Assembly (NCBI RefSeq): GCF_964355755.1
Contig: NC_092670.1
Location: 12,696,795-12,760,794 of the forward strand
DNA from: Antedon mediterranea
Taxonomy: Eukaryota > Animalia > Echinodermata
Direction: 5' to 3'
Length of the DNA stretch: 64,000 bases
Made by a program: the position numbers and the translations under genes. The notes beneath the pieces were generated by a model. It was not told where the DNA came from and searched no databases. It saw only the letters and a list, made by a program, of their open reading frames with translations. Position 1 is the stretch's first letter. Every line of letters starts with the position of its first letter. Positions 16,630 through 31,671 of the stretch are shown in pieces.

Positions 16630-19600
16630 ATGTCGAACATTCGTACTATGGACAGGGCTACGTCGGCTGGTTACCGTTTTCCTATTTCTTCTCGTGTATC
16701 TAGCGCCTATCATGGATCTTGTGTGCCCAAGGAAAGAAGTGTGTCCGCACCTCCTCAGAAGAATTACACAGACACTGAGATTGAGAAGAGTCATGTAGTT
16801 AATCAGGATAAAATCTGGAGGGAAACAGTGGGACGAGAACAAAACGCAGTTAAAAAATGGTAAGTCTATTCTGAACGTTTTTGTCATTTTTTGTAAATTA
16901 TCTAAATGTTGGAACTATAGTCGTAACTGCTGATGAATTAGCGGATAATTTACCTCAAAATATCGATAAATATTTGTGGAATGTAAGTTGTAATAGGTTG
17001 ACTGAACATACATAACAAGTGGTATCATCCTATACAATTTGTATATTTAACCACCTGATTCCCCGTACTGTATCTTAATTTTGCACCTGAATTTGGTTCA
17101 GTATCTTTATTTACAGGTTCGTCACACGTCACAACTGTATTATAGGTTATGTTAAAACTAAGGCAAAAATAATGACACATCATAAATACAGGTGATAGAG
17201 TATCAACTTCATAAGATACCAACCAACACTATACTTTAGCACAGTACGGAAAATTCAATTCATTCAGTTTTGTATCAGTATCGATATGATCCTTAATATG
17301 ATTACCTCAATGCCTTGATATATCACAAATCCCGAGTCGATACATACATTCAGTTTACTAATAATAAACTATATTGGGTTAAAATTTAACTTTTTCCCTG
17401 ACTTGTAGTTATGGTTACTGTTCTAATAAAACCGTAGACCTATTATCCCGTTAACCCACATAGGATTATAATTGACACACTGACAAATCAGCATGTGGTG
17501 GAATATATAGTTCAAAATATTAAAACCACTTCCTTCAATTAAGTATTATTATTTCCTCCATAACGTATGAACTATTACCGGTGGTTTTATATCAAATACA
17601 TTTATATGATTATAATATTTTTAGTCATTTTTCGATAGAAAAAATCCTTATTGTGAGTGTTGGTGGCACACACATCAGTGTAAAATCAGAAGAGGATATA
17701 CTCTCTACAATATACAAAATAATGTTTTTAAGTGTTTCAAAGGCATAAAATATGGTACCCATTGACAAACACTGTGTAGGTTACGTTTTACCAAAACAAG
17801 GGCCTAAAGCTCTGTCTACGCTATCAAACTAGTTTGACAGCGATGTGATGTGCCCCAATATGGTGGTGATATGCCTAAATATGGTAGTGATATGACATCA
17901 TCATGTCCATATATGGGCACCCAGAACAATGGCCTTCCGTACTATATTTATGGTACATTTGGCGTTGGTATACAGCAGGGAAGCGGGACCATTTTATTTT
18001 TTAAGTAGAAGATGACAATTCTTTGCACAATGATGTAATAATGTTAAAAGACCTTTAGATTTGATTCTCCTTTGTTGACATGACAACCACCACTTCATTA
18101 TGGATTTACCAATAACTTTAAATCCCAGCATCTTGCAACATTTTTGGTAGATGACTCAATGAAGAAATGTCATTAAAATAATTTATCCGAGAAGAAAATG
18201 AGTTAATAAATTCCTTTCCAATGCCTTTCTAGAGGTGTTTTTAAAACATCATTATTGGACGAATATTTTCAGTTTGTAATAAGACAGATGCATAATTGAC
18301 CATTCAAGTTTTACGGTCGCCTATTTCTCCTTAGATCGACGCAATTTTTGTCATTATTTCCTGACTGAATGTAGATCATTATTTTTAATGGCGTTTAGTA
18401 CATTATTTTATTCTAAAACATAGTTTTAAAGTATCATTAATTCTATGCATTTAGAGTCATGTTTTTCTAGAGTTTCTTGCATGCTCAGACTAGACATTTC
18501 AGAAACGGTAAATTATCACATCCAATAATTACACTGATATATCTGTATTTTTTATAAAATGAACTAAACCAATTTACTTTTTTTTCTTCAAATCCATAGG
18601 GAGCAAGGATGGGGTTTCCTTAAAGATTACGATCAAAAGGTAAGGTTAACCAAAACAAGAAAACGGTATAAATATATATTTCAATTCAATTCAATTCAAG
18701 TACACATATATAATCGAAGTGGTCTTTAACTAGAGGAGAATATCCAGTTAAAAAAAAGACAAATTTAAATAAAACATCAACAAGATAGAACTGTGCATGA
18801 CACGGTATTCATTTGAGAGACTATGGTAGGCCTAATTAAAAATAATATAAAAAAATTTCTTCCTGTTACGAGAATAAAACTCCACTATTAAATAACAGAC
18901 AATTGTTAAATAAAGGTATTAGCACAGCGTCGTCAAGAGGGGTAAAGTTCAACCCGAATACAAACGCGATATAAATATCGATTTTTTCTTAATGCGTTTA
19001 TCATGTTATCTTCATAGCCACTTCATATCAAAGTCCTTAATCCTAACAATATCATTAATATGTATTTTAGGTGCATATGATCGACCAACGTGATGTTGAA
19101 GAACTCCTAATAAGGAGTTATGACAAACATGAGAGTCAAACGTAGTTCTAATTATTACACAGCCTTGAATATGTAAAACACAACATGGCATCGAACTTGT
19201 TTAAATCCGGTGTATACTAAAAATCTCTATAGGGGTAATAGACTTTAATTCAAAGAAATTAATTTAAACTTCCGACACTTACAAAAATGAAACGAATTCG
19301 ACGATTGGAACTGTTTGATTTAACCACGAAAACATTTCAAACGTAGAGCAAAGACGCTGATCGGCGTCGACTTTATTGAAAGCATGACGTAACAACTATA
19401 TTTAGAATTTCTAACCGGTGATTGGCAAGAATAACACGACGATGAGTTTAGTTTAAACAATTTCATTTTAATATTTAAATTTTATAGGGTAATATCAAAG
19501 AGAAGCCGAAACCGCCGAAGAATCGGACCGTTTTTGCCGACTCGTTACCGAATACAGGAGCACAGACGATTGGTCATTTACAAAAGACTGGACAATCAAA

Positions 19601-19679
19601 TTCAATGGTCATGCTGCAAAATAAATTTAGTCAAACACATCGACGGAAACGTGCTAAAGATTTGTTATGTTACGACTGA
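16630..19679 (+). CDS. CIMIP5: C2orf50 / ciliary microtubule inner protein 5 homolog, 3 exons, 153 aa
   Basis: Exons 16630..16859, 18600..18639, 19488..19679. Motifs TSAGYR, VNQDKIWRE, WEQGWGFLKDYDQKGN and FADSLPNT match recalled C2orf50 (TSAGYRL, VQQDQLWRE, WSFLKDYDPMGN). Confidence 0.85.
17807..17920. mobile_element. MITE family A, partial
   Basis: Left TIR AGCTCTGTCTACGCTATCAAAC plus core. Confidence 0.6.
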
Positions 19680-21102
19680 ATGTGTTATGTACGCTTTTAA
19701 CTGACAATCATTGAACTTAGATGAGTAGGCACGTATGTAGCCTAAGACTTATGATGTCTTCACTGCAAGACACGATGACTCCGGTGGAAGTTGGACAACA
19801 AATGCATCTCGTCGCCTGACACGTCAGAGTAGGCCCACATAAACTCTTGGTTGCTACTGATTTCGATAATATTATTATCTTGTACAAAGTGTAAGATCAT
19901 CTACCACATTCACAGATCTTTGTCTTAAAATGAATTTGTGATAATATAAATCATTTTTATCAAGAGGATATCAAAAACAAGAATATCTCAGATCACGGAG
20001 AGAATGGAAACGAAACAACAAGCTCACCAGAAATACTAAAGTCTAGGCCCTGTCTTAAAAATAGGAATTCTACGACTTACGAGAGAACCTCATTAAAATG
20101 ATATGAAAGATTCCTAAAAACCGACGGATTCCTGAAAATCTAATTCCCCACTGGTGTGTTTCAATTGACAACTGTCCGACGTTATATAAATAATATTGGA
20201 TTTCTTTGTAGCTTAACTATAGAAACCATTTTGAAAATATACTGTGTGTGTGTGTGATCATTATGTATATCTTAGGCCCTATCATCAAATGCTAATTTAA
20301 ATGTTATATATAATTTAAATTGAAAACAGAAATACATTTGACGTAAGCAATTTAGTAAGTTAAAACAATTGTTAGTCGTAATAGCGTCCCATTGTCTACA
20401 TGACGTAAGAGCATAGGTGTTACATTACGTTTGAGGGATTGCGACATTTACATTTTTGTATTCTTTAGTGAATGCCATACAATTCAAATATTATAATTAT
20501 AAGATTATTGCTCGTTTAATGCGTTGCCATGATTATAATCTCAATAGTCTATCATTTGGAGGAGAGGAAGATATTGTATCTGATTTCCGACAAGCAGGTG
20601 TGATGGTTTTAACTTAGCTTGCCTGATCGCTAGATTTAATCAGTATCACTCAATGGCTATGGCCACTATTATTAATAATCAAAGTGGCTATACATGTTAT
20701 ACATAATGTTACGTAGGCCTATGGCGCGCCACATTAAAAAACAACGTGATTCCCACAGTGGATGCAATGCACGTAACGTAGGCCCACACACAACGCAAGT
20801 AACCAACAAGCGCCAGAATATCCAATGTCGCCTGTGATTGGTCAATTACTTGCATTGCGTATGTACTACGTCTTTGCGTTGCATCCCAGTGAGAACCAAA
20901 GCGTTTTAGTTTGTTGGGAGTTTATAAATACCAGCGCCCATTGAGGATTGGTAGGCCATATTATTGACAAAATAGAAATACAGTTTGATGCGATAGTTTG
21001 ATTGGCCTAATGTGAAACACACAGACCGAAAGTACCAGACACAGGCCTAAATATAGTTGGTATACTAGAACTAGTTGTAAATAGTGTACACAAAATGTAA
21101 TG

Positions 21103-21432
21103 TAAAGATGTTGATTCAAGTTCAAACTTATTATTGATATTTGCTATCTTCATTTATGGATTTAAATTCACGCATCTATCGAATTACAAAAGGCGTACAT
21201 ACTCTTGGACAGAATAACGAATGTCCCAAACGGCGCCCCGTGCGCATAGCTCTATAACTTTGAAAATTGACACGAACGTAATATAATTCAAAGATGTTGA
21301 TTAAAGTTTAGACTTATTGATATTGGCTATTTTGATTGATGGATTTAAGTTTACGCATCATCAATTTACAAAAGGCGCACTCTCGACACACTTTTTTTGT
21401 ACAGAATACCGAATGTTCCAAACCGCGCCCCG
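21103..21432. repeat. ~187-bp diverged tandem duplication
   Basis: AAAGATGTTGATT(C/A)AAGTT...CAGAATA(A/C)CGAATGT..CAAAC.GCGCCCCGT starting at 21104 and 21290. Confidence 0.8.
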
Positions 21433-22514
21433 TATGTAACTTACATAATTGACCCATAATCCTTTAGGAGTGCAGATGTTTGATTTATGAGTGTCTGTGT
21501 TTGCATTTTGTTAAAAGTGGAAACATTCCTGGCGGCAGAGGTCGCGTTTAATCCAATTTATTTTGCTAATAATAATCAAACATGCATCTAATTACATAAT
21601 TGGTTGTAATTTCAACCAATAATACAATACTCAGGTGTTTTTTCTCTTATTCTTTGGATAAAATCTAGTTTTTATGGACAGTTTGGCTCACCTAATAAAA
21701 CACGAGAAATTGATTTAGCAGCTTCGAAGTTTGGGACGCAGCCAACGCACTAATATTATAATGTAAGTGGAGTGAGTTAGAGGAAGAATGCACTTGAACT
21801 ATGTGGGCCATGCTGTATACGAAGCCGTCGACTTGTGGTCTTTTCCGGAAGACGTCATTACTAACACAATGCGAGCAGCTGGATCTGAATAAAACATTAA
21901 AATTAACATATTGTACTCACCAATTTATTCACCAATAATTCGTAAATCTACCAATATCGATTTTCGATAATATATTTATATATCCGATGACTTATATACA
22001 AAATATCACTGATTGATACATTAACAATTTATTTATCTATTACATATACATATCAATAAACATTTATGCAAATTATTTTTAACCTAATAAACGTAGATGT
22101 CATTTGGGTAACGCTATGTATGAGCTTTGGCAATATTGTGAAGATTTAAATATTTTGATGCAGGAAAGGGCATGAATCTAGCCAATGTTTTTGTTTTATT
22201 TTGCCAATATGTTCGTACAGTAGTAGATAAAATTATCTAAATGAGACAGACTGTACTGTAATCCAAAACAATTTTAAATTGAAATTGTTTATGGCATGCC
22301 GATCTATGATATATATATATATATATAAATCTAAAGGCAAATTACTGAAAAAAATGACAATGCTGTGGGTATCAGCATATATATATATATATATACCGGT
22401 ATATAAACAAATCAGGCACAGAACATTAATTCTAAACCGCCCGGTGATATGCTGAAATTTAATTAATTAATTTGAAACGATAAAGATGAGGAAATCTGTG
22501 AGAATGAGAAAAAG

Positions 22515-22580
22515 TCGCCCCAACCGAGACTCGAACTCGGACCGCCTGCTTGATATGCAGATGTCCTAACCATTAGACCA
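22515..22580 (-). pseudogene. 5'-truncated tRNA-like sequence inside a (TA)n-associated repeat
   Basis: Minus strand TGGTCTAATGGTTAGGACATCTGC-ATATCAA-GCAGGCGGT-CCGAG-TTCGAGT-CTCGG-TTGGGGCG; the 5' acceptor strand is missing. Confidence 0.5.
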
Positions 22581-23920
22581 AAAATAAAACCGGTTAACAA
22601 TAAAATACAGATAAAATATATATATATATATGAAGTAACCAAGTTTTCTGCTGTTATTTTATTTATTTATTTATGCTCTACCTTGGTATTGAGCACTCTA
22701 TCCTAACGGTCTGATAATTTCAACCTGAATATATATATATGTATATATATTTTATCTGTATTTTATTGTTAACCGTTTTTGATGTTGTATTGTTTTATGT
22801 TTCAAACCTGTTAGTGGCGGTATTTATCACTGTTGGTTTTGACTGAATAAAATAAAAATATACATAATCCAGGCAGTGGTAATTTATGAATCAAGTTAAA
22901 ATGATAGTAATTGTTTTATTTTTTATTAATTATGAACGTTATAATTTGTTGTTCTCGGTTTATATATTTTTTAAAATAAGTGTAACATCCAATTTCATCG
23001 TCATATTAAAATGATTTGTTCTAGATTAAATAAATCCAATAGTGTAATCCATTCATTAGGTTAGTATTTCATTGTCTTTAGAGATATTTGTTGATTTAAA
23101 TCGTGTCCCATTATAATAAACCTATTTTTAATAAATTACCACTTAAAATTACTTAAACTTCACATACAATAACTAAAAAATCCCTAAATATAAATTTATA
23201 TATAATTATATAGTATATAATACTATGATTCTCAACTGGAATAAAATTGCATTATTATCTAAAATAATAATTTAGTAAATCCTAAATTAGCAATAAAGAT
23301 AAATAGGGGGTTGGGAAGATAAATGAGGGGGTTGGGAAGATAAATGAGGTGTGGGGGTTGTTGTTTTCTTTCCTACTGGCCAGCGAAACTACCTCCAACT
23401 CCAACTAATGCTTGGTTCCCACTAGAGATGCAACGCAAGGATGCAACGCAAGTGATTTGACCAATCGCAAGCGATGGATTATTTAGACTTTCAATTGCCA
23501 TTGGTCAAATCATTAGGCAACCATGCACTGCAGAACATAAATAACTCTTGTGATGATTCCGCCTTAAAGTGTCCTCTGAATATAGTTTAAAGCCATAGTG
23601 TTAAAATAATGACTGTCGCATGTTGTCTCAGGAACGTGTCCCTTAATAGAGGCTAGGGCCATTGCCTTATGTTTGTTTTACAGGAACGTTTCCCTTGAAT
23701 AGACAGTATACCATTACAAATAGATGTGACAATTGACAACAGAGATATTAATTATAAGCTTGGGTATAATATGTGCAATAGTGTAGTTGCCTGCATAAGG
23801 ACATATATACAAAATACATATACAGGATTTCAATGTCTGCAATACACCTCTGAAATATTCAACCTTGATATGTTAGTTTTCATTTTAGATTTGAAAGAGT
23901 TTACAAAGTTACCAACATTA

Positions 23921-26900
23921 TTATGAAGTGCCCTGTTGTAGTTGTTTGCCTAGATATTCCCTGAAAGAAAAAAACAGAGGATACAAATTCCAGTAAATAT
24001 ACATAAAATTCAATTCATGCACACAAATACAACACAAAAAATTCATGTAGTAGCAGAGTTGAAGTTGATTCCCTACTATTTTTCGAAGAGTGTAGTATGC
24101 GTTCTTTACATCCACATGAGTCATGTTGCGCAGGTTATACAACTCAATATAGTGTGCTATTGTTTATACACTTTCACCTCCAACACATGGGAGCACAATG
24201 GGATTCGAACCAGGTTCTTTTTCAACATTACAGTTGCCTATCTGTGCCATACTATTATTAAAGTATTCTTTATATTCTACAAGTGACATATAACAGACAT
24301 CAAAGAGTTTGATTTTGAATTGATGTGTTGTCGCGGGAACCTAGGAACCATCACCATGTGTCAATGTATTGAGCAGGTAAATGTGTCCTAATATCGACAT
24401 ATGCGCACAGTGACACACGTTGGTTGTCAGTCGTCGCAAATCAAAGCAGCCTACTACTTACCAGTTATGCACCATTAGTTTCTGTACAGCCAACAGCGCC
24501 TCGTATCGTACATTTGGATCCTCATGTACCATATACTGCATTACAAGGTGTTTTCCACCGAGTTGCTCAATTATGCTAAAAATAAAATAATATTTTATAA
24601 TATATTTTTATTACAAATTAATGTTATGAGTAGTTTTAATTTAGTTTTAATAAGCTAAGACTAAAACTAGAACAATTACATGAGCAGGAAAGAATTTAAA
24701 CTACCAAGTTTATATGAATATTTTAAATAAATGCTTACTTTTTTCCTCGTGGATAATGGCGGACATATTCCCCAAGATCGTGAGCAGCGACAGCCAGTAT
24801 CAGTGGATCCTTGGACGTCTCAAGAAGTTTTGTAAGAATCCTACAATTGTGATAATAATAGTTAGTGTCTTGCAAACGTACTTGCTTTCCAATCCCAAGG
24901 TCCAGGGTTCAATCCCGACCTAGTGCCAGGGTTGTAACTCACTCTCTTTCTATTCCACTCTCAAATAAGACTTAGTTTAAAAGGATGATAAATTATAAAA
25001 CAGTTTATCCATCCTGTAATTGGCGGGTTACCCTTTGTTGAATGTGTATGGCATAAAAAAAAATATATATCAAAGGTGCTATAGAAATTCAAGTCGTTAA
25101 TAAAAATTTGATTAAACATCAGAGGGTCACCAGGCCACAAGTTGACTAACAAAATAAATACTTTTAGCTGTTTACACTTACTTTAACAATTCATAGTTCT
25201 TTTCGTTTAGTCTCATAGAATTCTCTCTCCAGAACTTCTCACTTTTGTGTACAGGGCTCCACTCAAGGCGACCAGATTTGATCTCCGACGAATATTCATC
25301 AAATGAGCTGTTGAAACAAAAATAATTTTGCCTAATAAATCAGTTTCTGGGAAAATATTGAAAGAAAAATTAACTGAACAGCAAGTGGTAAATAAAATTT
25401 TTATCTAAATTTTGTAAATTTTCCTCTTTGACGAAATAAATCAGGGGCGTAACCAGCATGAGACAGAGGAGGCGCTCGCCTCATCAGAAATTTTCAGTTT
25501 TCACCACACACCTCATATCCCTCAGCACAGCTCGTCGTTATTTTATAATAATTATATTTAAAGCATCTTTGCCTCGTCTGTTTTTAACCTCTCGCTACGG
25601 CCTTGTAACTTGAACTCAAAGCTTTGAGTGAAGTATGGCACTCACCTCAAGTCTTGTACACTCATCTGCAGAGTCTTAATGAGAAACTCAATGTCTTCTG
25701 TCACATCTTCATCTTCAATCTTTTGTCCTTCCAGAACGTCTAACTGTTTTAGCACCTTACACTGTATCATAGCTAATGCATTGTCTGCCTTTATTTCTTT
25801 TTCAGTTGGATTTTCAGTAAGATTCTGTATTAAAGCACACATTGTTACTTTGTTTGTAAGTTGTAATTCATTTGGAAAATGTTCCCCCGTGCTGCAGACC
25901 AATAACCTAACTATCTGGAGAATTTATTAAAATATGGCTAATCAATAGATTGGTGCAATAGACATTTTAAAAAATACATTAAACTACAGAGGGAGCTATT
26001 TTGAATCTTTGCCCTTGGTATCCCCAGAAAAAAATGGGTTTCCAAGTTTTGCCTTTAGCTAACAAACTAGGGCCTAGTAGTAGAGTTGTTTACTAGTAGT
26101 AGAGCCTAATTAATACATTTATACATTAGCAAGAGGCAGGAAATATCACAAAATTCCTCTTATTATGAGGAGAATATAGAGATGTCTATGTACTAGGCCC
26201 AGGCCTAAGAAATCTTGATGAACAGATAATTATTGTTATGTTCTGTGTTTTGGCAACACCTTTTAGGCCTTATTCAATCAGTAAAAAAGTAAATTACACA
26301 AATAAGGTACTTACTCTAAAGACAGCAAGTATAATACGACTAACTTTCTCCTTTGTCGTCTCTGTTAAGATGTCAGCAAGAACTGGCACAACATTATGTC
26401 TGGAAAAATGCAAAATAGAGTATCTGATAAGGCTGACAAAAATAGTTACATTGCCTAAACATTGGATTTTTTTTTGCCTTGAAAAAAATAGATAGTGCTA
26501 TAATTCATGCATGTCATTTCTATAAAAAAAAAATTCCTAGATTTTATTGAATTTTTTGTCGGTTGGGCTTGGCCAACTTAAACAATTTTTAGGCTTGATA
26601 AATTTCCCTCCCTCATCACAATCATAGTAAATCCTCTCCTCAGGCCTCCCACTGACATTACCACTGTTAATTGAATGTAGGCCTAAGTTGAGTTAACAAG
26701 ATTGCAACTTACTTGTTGATATGAGCACATAGTTCTGGATTGAATGACAACATCCATATACAAAATGTCAGCTGATATTGTATCTGAAAGCTCACCTTAC
26801 CAGAAAGAACATTTAGAAGCCTGCAAAAGAAACATTTTGTTTAAGCCTGTTTTCAACTTGGAGAATTTGTTCTTCTTCCCTTTCAAGAATGAAAAGCTGC

Positions 26901-29244
26901 AATTTTCATATTGATTCATGCGTCTGCTTAGAACAATATGGTAAAGCACATTTGTGACTTTTTACCACTCAAAATTGAATAGGCAGATGTTTTCTCCAAC
27001 CTCTGGCGAAATAAGTTCACATTCACTTATACAAGAACTTACAAATTTGTTCTCAAACTTCAAAACAATTTAAAAATATGGTCCAACACACACAAAAATA
27101 CCTTAAACATATGTAACTCAGCATTCACACAAGAAGGTTGTACCATTGGTAGCACATAGTTTAATGACTTAGTAGTCATCACGTTTTGTACGACTCTGCA
27201 AGAACCTTGTAAAGTCAGACGCCGATATAAATTTCTTTAAAAACGTTTTACCAATTTTCATACTTACGTGACAAGGCCGTCATTTTCCATAAACGCCATT
27301 CGGTATTCGTTGTGTTTCAACATCTGTTGGAGACACAACGCCGTCGTCTGCATGTATTCGTTTCCCGAGAACGTCAACTGAGATCGTATCCAACTCAAGT
27401 AAAACTTTAAATCATTGCCACTCATTCTTTCACGTGTACAACATGCTAACTTTGTTATAACTCTTGATGCCTTAAAAAGGGACAGTTTATGTCGAATTTT
27501 CAATTTAAAAAAAAAAAAAATTTAATTTTAATAAATAAACATTTTATACAAGTATGCTGGTAATACTGTACATATAAAACTCATTTGCATACAGGTGGTA
27601 CAGTATGCTAAATAAAATAAATATAATAGAATAAATACTGTTTATTTTGTAATAAAAATCTAGCAATATCCTATGTTTTTTAACATTTCTTTTTTCAATA
27701 ACTAAATAAGTTAATACCTGATTAATTGTGAACTTATCCTCTCTATTCAACATATTGAGAAACTGAGACCATGCTGTGGTTTTTCCTTTTGACTTTTTAG
27801 CATTTTCAAAAAATATGCTGGCTCGTTCTGGTTTTTCCTGTCAAAATTAAATGTATTCATGAAAAATCTGATTACGGTTTAACTACTGTATGTACAGTTA
27901 CTAGAGGTCCCAACTTAGAAGTTTATAGTATTGGGAGAGTTTATGAAAGCATACTCAATTAAGAGAGGGCGCTATAAAATTGACTATAGCAGGTGCTATT
28001 AAACACAATATTAGGTGCCTTGAATTTATAGTATATGTTACACACTTTCAGGACATTTTGTGTTGGGTTAGTAGTAGCCAAAAAAATTTTTGTTTTTTTC
28101 CATATTAAAAATAATCGGGAGAAATGTCTTCTTCTAAATATCAGGACCCTACCATGAATATTAAATTAATGTCTTGAAGACCTAACACAATGCATGCTGG
28201 GAAGAAAGGTAAAGGTCAGATTTTGGATAAAAAAATGTGGTGAGACCTACCTTAAGCAGGTCGTCAATAAGCGTGAGGAGATACCGCACAGTATGTTCTC
28301 TTGCAATGTGATTGATTAGACTTAGGAATATTTTGGCACAAGCGGCACCTCTGTGTTTTATCATTTCATCTCGCCGTTCACTTGATTGGTTGTTGTATTG
28401 AACTATGAACTCAAATTCCTCTTGCGTAATCATTTGGCTCCTTCAAAATAATAAAATAATTTAATATTAGATTTAAACTTTATTATCCTCACTCAATAGG
28501 GACTGGCCTTATCAATTGTACATAATATAAGAGTAAGACAAATACGAAATATAAAATGTATAGCCTAGCCCTAAATATTATTATTAAATAAAAAAATAAA
28601 CTAAATTAAATAAACATTTACAGAATGGCAAATAATAATATAATAATAATATGAAACAAATAGCGGCGCTTATCTAGTAGTAGGGCAGCCTAGACTCTAT
28701 TAGGCTAGTAGGACCGGTAGGCTACTTAATATTTTTGTGAATATGATGTTTTAAGTGACTCTAGGCCTAGCTAGGTACGGTATAGACTAGTATAGGCCTA
28801 CCATTATTATTATAATTTATATGGTATTACTATATACATTAACCATGGAGGTATTATACCTCCATGCAATAACTAGGGCCTAGGCCTAGGCTAGGTTTAG
28901 GGCCTCTATCTCTATCTAGGCCTAGGTTAGCTAAAGAGGCTAAACTTTATATAAACATAGTAGTTAAATAGACCTAGTTCTGCCACCCAGCTATCCAAGC
29001 TAGGGGCTTTGGGGAAGCATATTTAGCCTTCTAGAGCTAGGCCTAGGCCACCTTGGCATTTCTAGAGAGTAACAACGGGAAGAAACGCAACAACTCACTG
29101 TACGTATGACTGCCAGTTAACCCTATTTTGCCTGACCTCGTTTGCCTCCTGATCAAACTTATTAGTTGGAGGTAAACCATAGGTTGCATTTCCAATTTCA
29201 GAATTGTCCTCTCTGTTATCTTCTAGAATTTGAGAATACGACAT
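23921..29244 (-). CDS. ATP6V1H: V-type proton ATPase subunit H, 11 exons, 470 aa
   Basis: Exons 29099..29244, 28251..28440, 27718..27837, 27268..27470, 26713..26820, 26315..26399, 25646..25824, 25182..25307, 24739..24840, 24462..24575, 23921..23960. Motifs [80 protein letters not shown]. Confidence 0.97.
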
Positions 29245-31671
29245 TTTGCTGATATGAACGATCTAAGAACTATGATTATGACAAATTTTAGTTAGGCTAG
29301 GCCACCTTACGCCTCTTTTTCCATCAAAGTTTTTCTCTCGTGACTGACTGCTGCCCTCTATACAAAAGTATTAATATTCGATCCTATTTATTTTCACGCT
29401 GCTGCTTTAGCCAGCAGCTATGTCCCGAGAGGACTACTCATTCAGAAGCTGAAAGCAAGCAGCAGTTATAGTACTAGAGGGCGACGTTTTTGTTTTTTTG
29501 TAAACTAGGACACGTCATGCTAAAATTTCAAATCCCAAAGCAAAGCTGTCAGATAATCATTGAATTATTATCAAAACAGTCCATTAAAGTTTTTGTTTGT
29601 AATAGAATACTTCACACTTGAACTATCTAGGCTTGATAAAGTGACCACCAGACTTGAACTTAGCAATAAAATAAACTAAAGTGACAGAAATTAAGCCTGT
29701 TTCATATCAAAGTGGGAATCTTGTTGTATTTTACTTCAAATACAAGTTATTCACTTCTGTAACAAAAAAATAATATTATTTATTTACGTATAAAACAAGA
29801 AAAGAAACGTTTATTTATAACCCAAAAACCATTGTCTGACAGACAATTTCAGAGGGACAATATATCTTTCAAACTGTTACGTCAATAAGCGAGCAGCGTT
29901 TTTTGTAAGAAATATTTCTTGTTTATTGTGCGAAATTGATTTTGTTCTACAATATGGACTCACATCGCCCTATTGATTGGGGGAGGGGGGCAGCTGTGTA
30001 TGAGGAATGCGCCCCAATGAATGTCGGGGGTGGGTGTCGGGATGGTGTATGAGGTATGCGCCCAATTATTGTGGCATTCAATTGTTAAAATAAAAATCAG
30101 TCGGCTTTTATTAAACTTTATTTTTCATAAAATTGACAATAAATCCTATAAATTTGTACAATATAGTATATATTAAATATGATAACTAAGTACGTCACTG
30201 TTATAGTTTATATAATGTAATGTGATGTCACTACTAGGTGTTTGATAATAAACGAGTTGGTCAGGTCGCGTGTAATCAATACAATCGTCGTCTAAGATTA
30301 ATTTCGCAATTGAGCTTTAACATTTTTGCGTAGCATATTGATCGACAATGGCCTTACATAACAAACCTGTATAGAAATTCTTATTGCACATGATTTCTTG
30401 TTGCTTTGATAATGTGTTCAATGGCCAAACAAACTGTCATTTTATTTATGGGGAAGAGAAGACCTACTGTGGGCCGCCTATAAAAAGTATATCGTATACA
30501 TACCCAGGCATGACAACAATTTCTATAAAATATTAAGAGTAATTAGACCTATAGAATAAATAAGCATATTTAGTTCTATATTAAGCACCTCCGTCGGCAG
30601 AAAATTGCCCATTATGCGTTTAAAAGACATCACGTGACGTCAAAATACAATTATAGTACAGTAGCCTACTAGAAGTACAGTAGTACTATTTATATAAAAT
30701 ACCCTTTTATTTTAATACACTAACGCTAGGCATATTGTACTTTTAAATACGATTTCAATATATACAATTATTGAGAAGCCATTCTACCATTATTACCAGA
30801 TCAATTCGAGGGACAGATGCTTAGGACGGCCATTGCACTATGTTACTATTGGACGGATATCAATATCTACCAACGGTACTGTGTAATTATGTGTAGATAT
30901 ATGTCTTTATTTATAAACTATTATATACACATTATTATATAAAAATATTTATAGCTATAGTATATTGCAAAACAAAATTAAAGGCTTCGTTTGAGACGGT
31001 ACAACTCCCTTAGCTTAAGACACTTTCAAAACTTCATACAATAACTTGACACCACCTACTGGTCCAAATAAATCAACTCATGGTACATATAAAACATTGA
31101 GTTCGCCCACGATGGCGCTACGCGGCAAAGAGGCAAATCATTAGAGCCGTGGAAGCTATCGCAGGCTATCAATTTGTTGTACACACTAATCCTATCCATA
31201 ACTTGTTACACTAACATCTAAAGCTTGTTTCCACAACCGAAATTGATATTTGCATACGTATTCATATTTAATCATTTTTTAGTTCTCAAGTCCCAACCCA
31301 GAGTCCTCAAGTATGATAGTGGAAAACAGGCCTTAGATCATCATAACGACCAACATTAACAGCAAAAGAACTATTTAGCTGTTATTATCTTGTATATTGT
31401 ATTAAAGAATCAATCTTGCATTGGACAGTATTGTAACTGCATGCTTCCTTTACAAACATTCTACTAGGGCCTACCATTGGTAGGTAGAGTTGAAAGGTGA
31501 AAGCGGGACGCTAAAACAAGAGTATGACATGTTTTTCGAGAACTTTGTCGAGGACTTCATCTCCTTTCTTCAAAAACCTGGCACAATCTACAAATGTTAA
31601 ACAACTTGGACACGTAGTATGCCCCGTATTTTATGCTGTCGCGTAGCGTCTCTGTCTTAATTCATATGTAA

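Noticed and set aside
24283-24352. Intronic hairpin as miRNA or snoRNA in ATP6V1H intron 10
   Set aside because: The stem ACATCAA/TTGATGT is short and no C/D or H/ACA boxes are convincingly placed.
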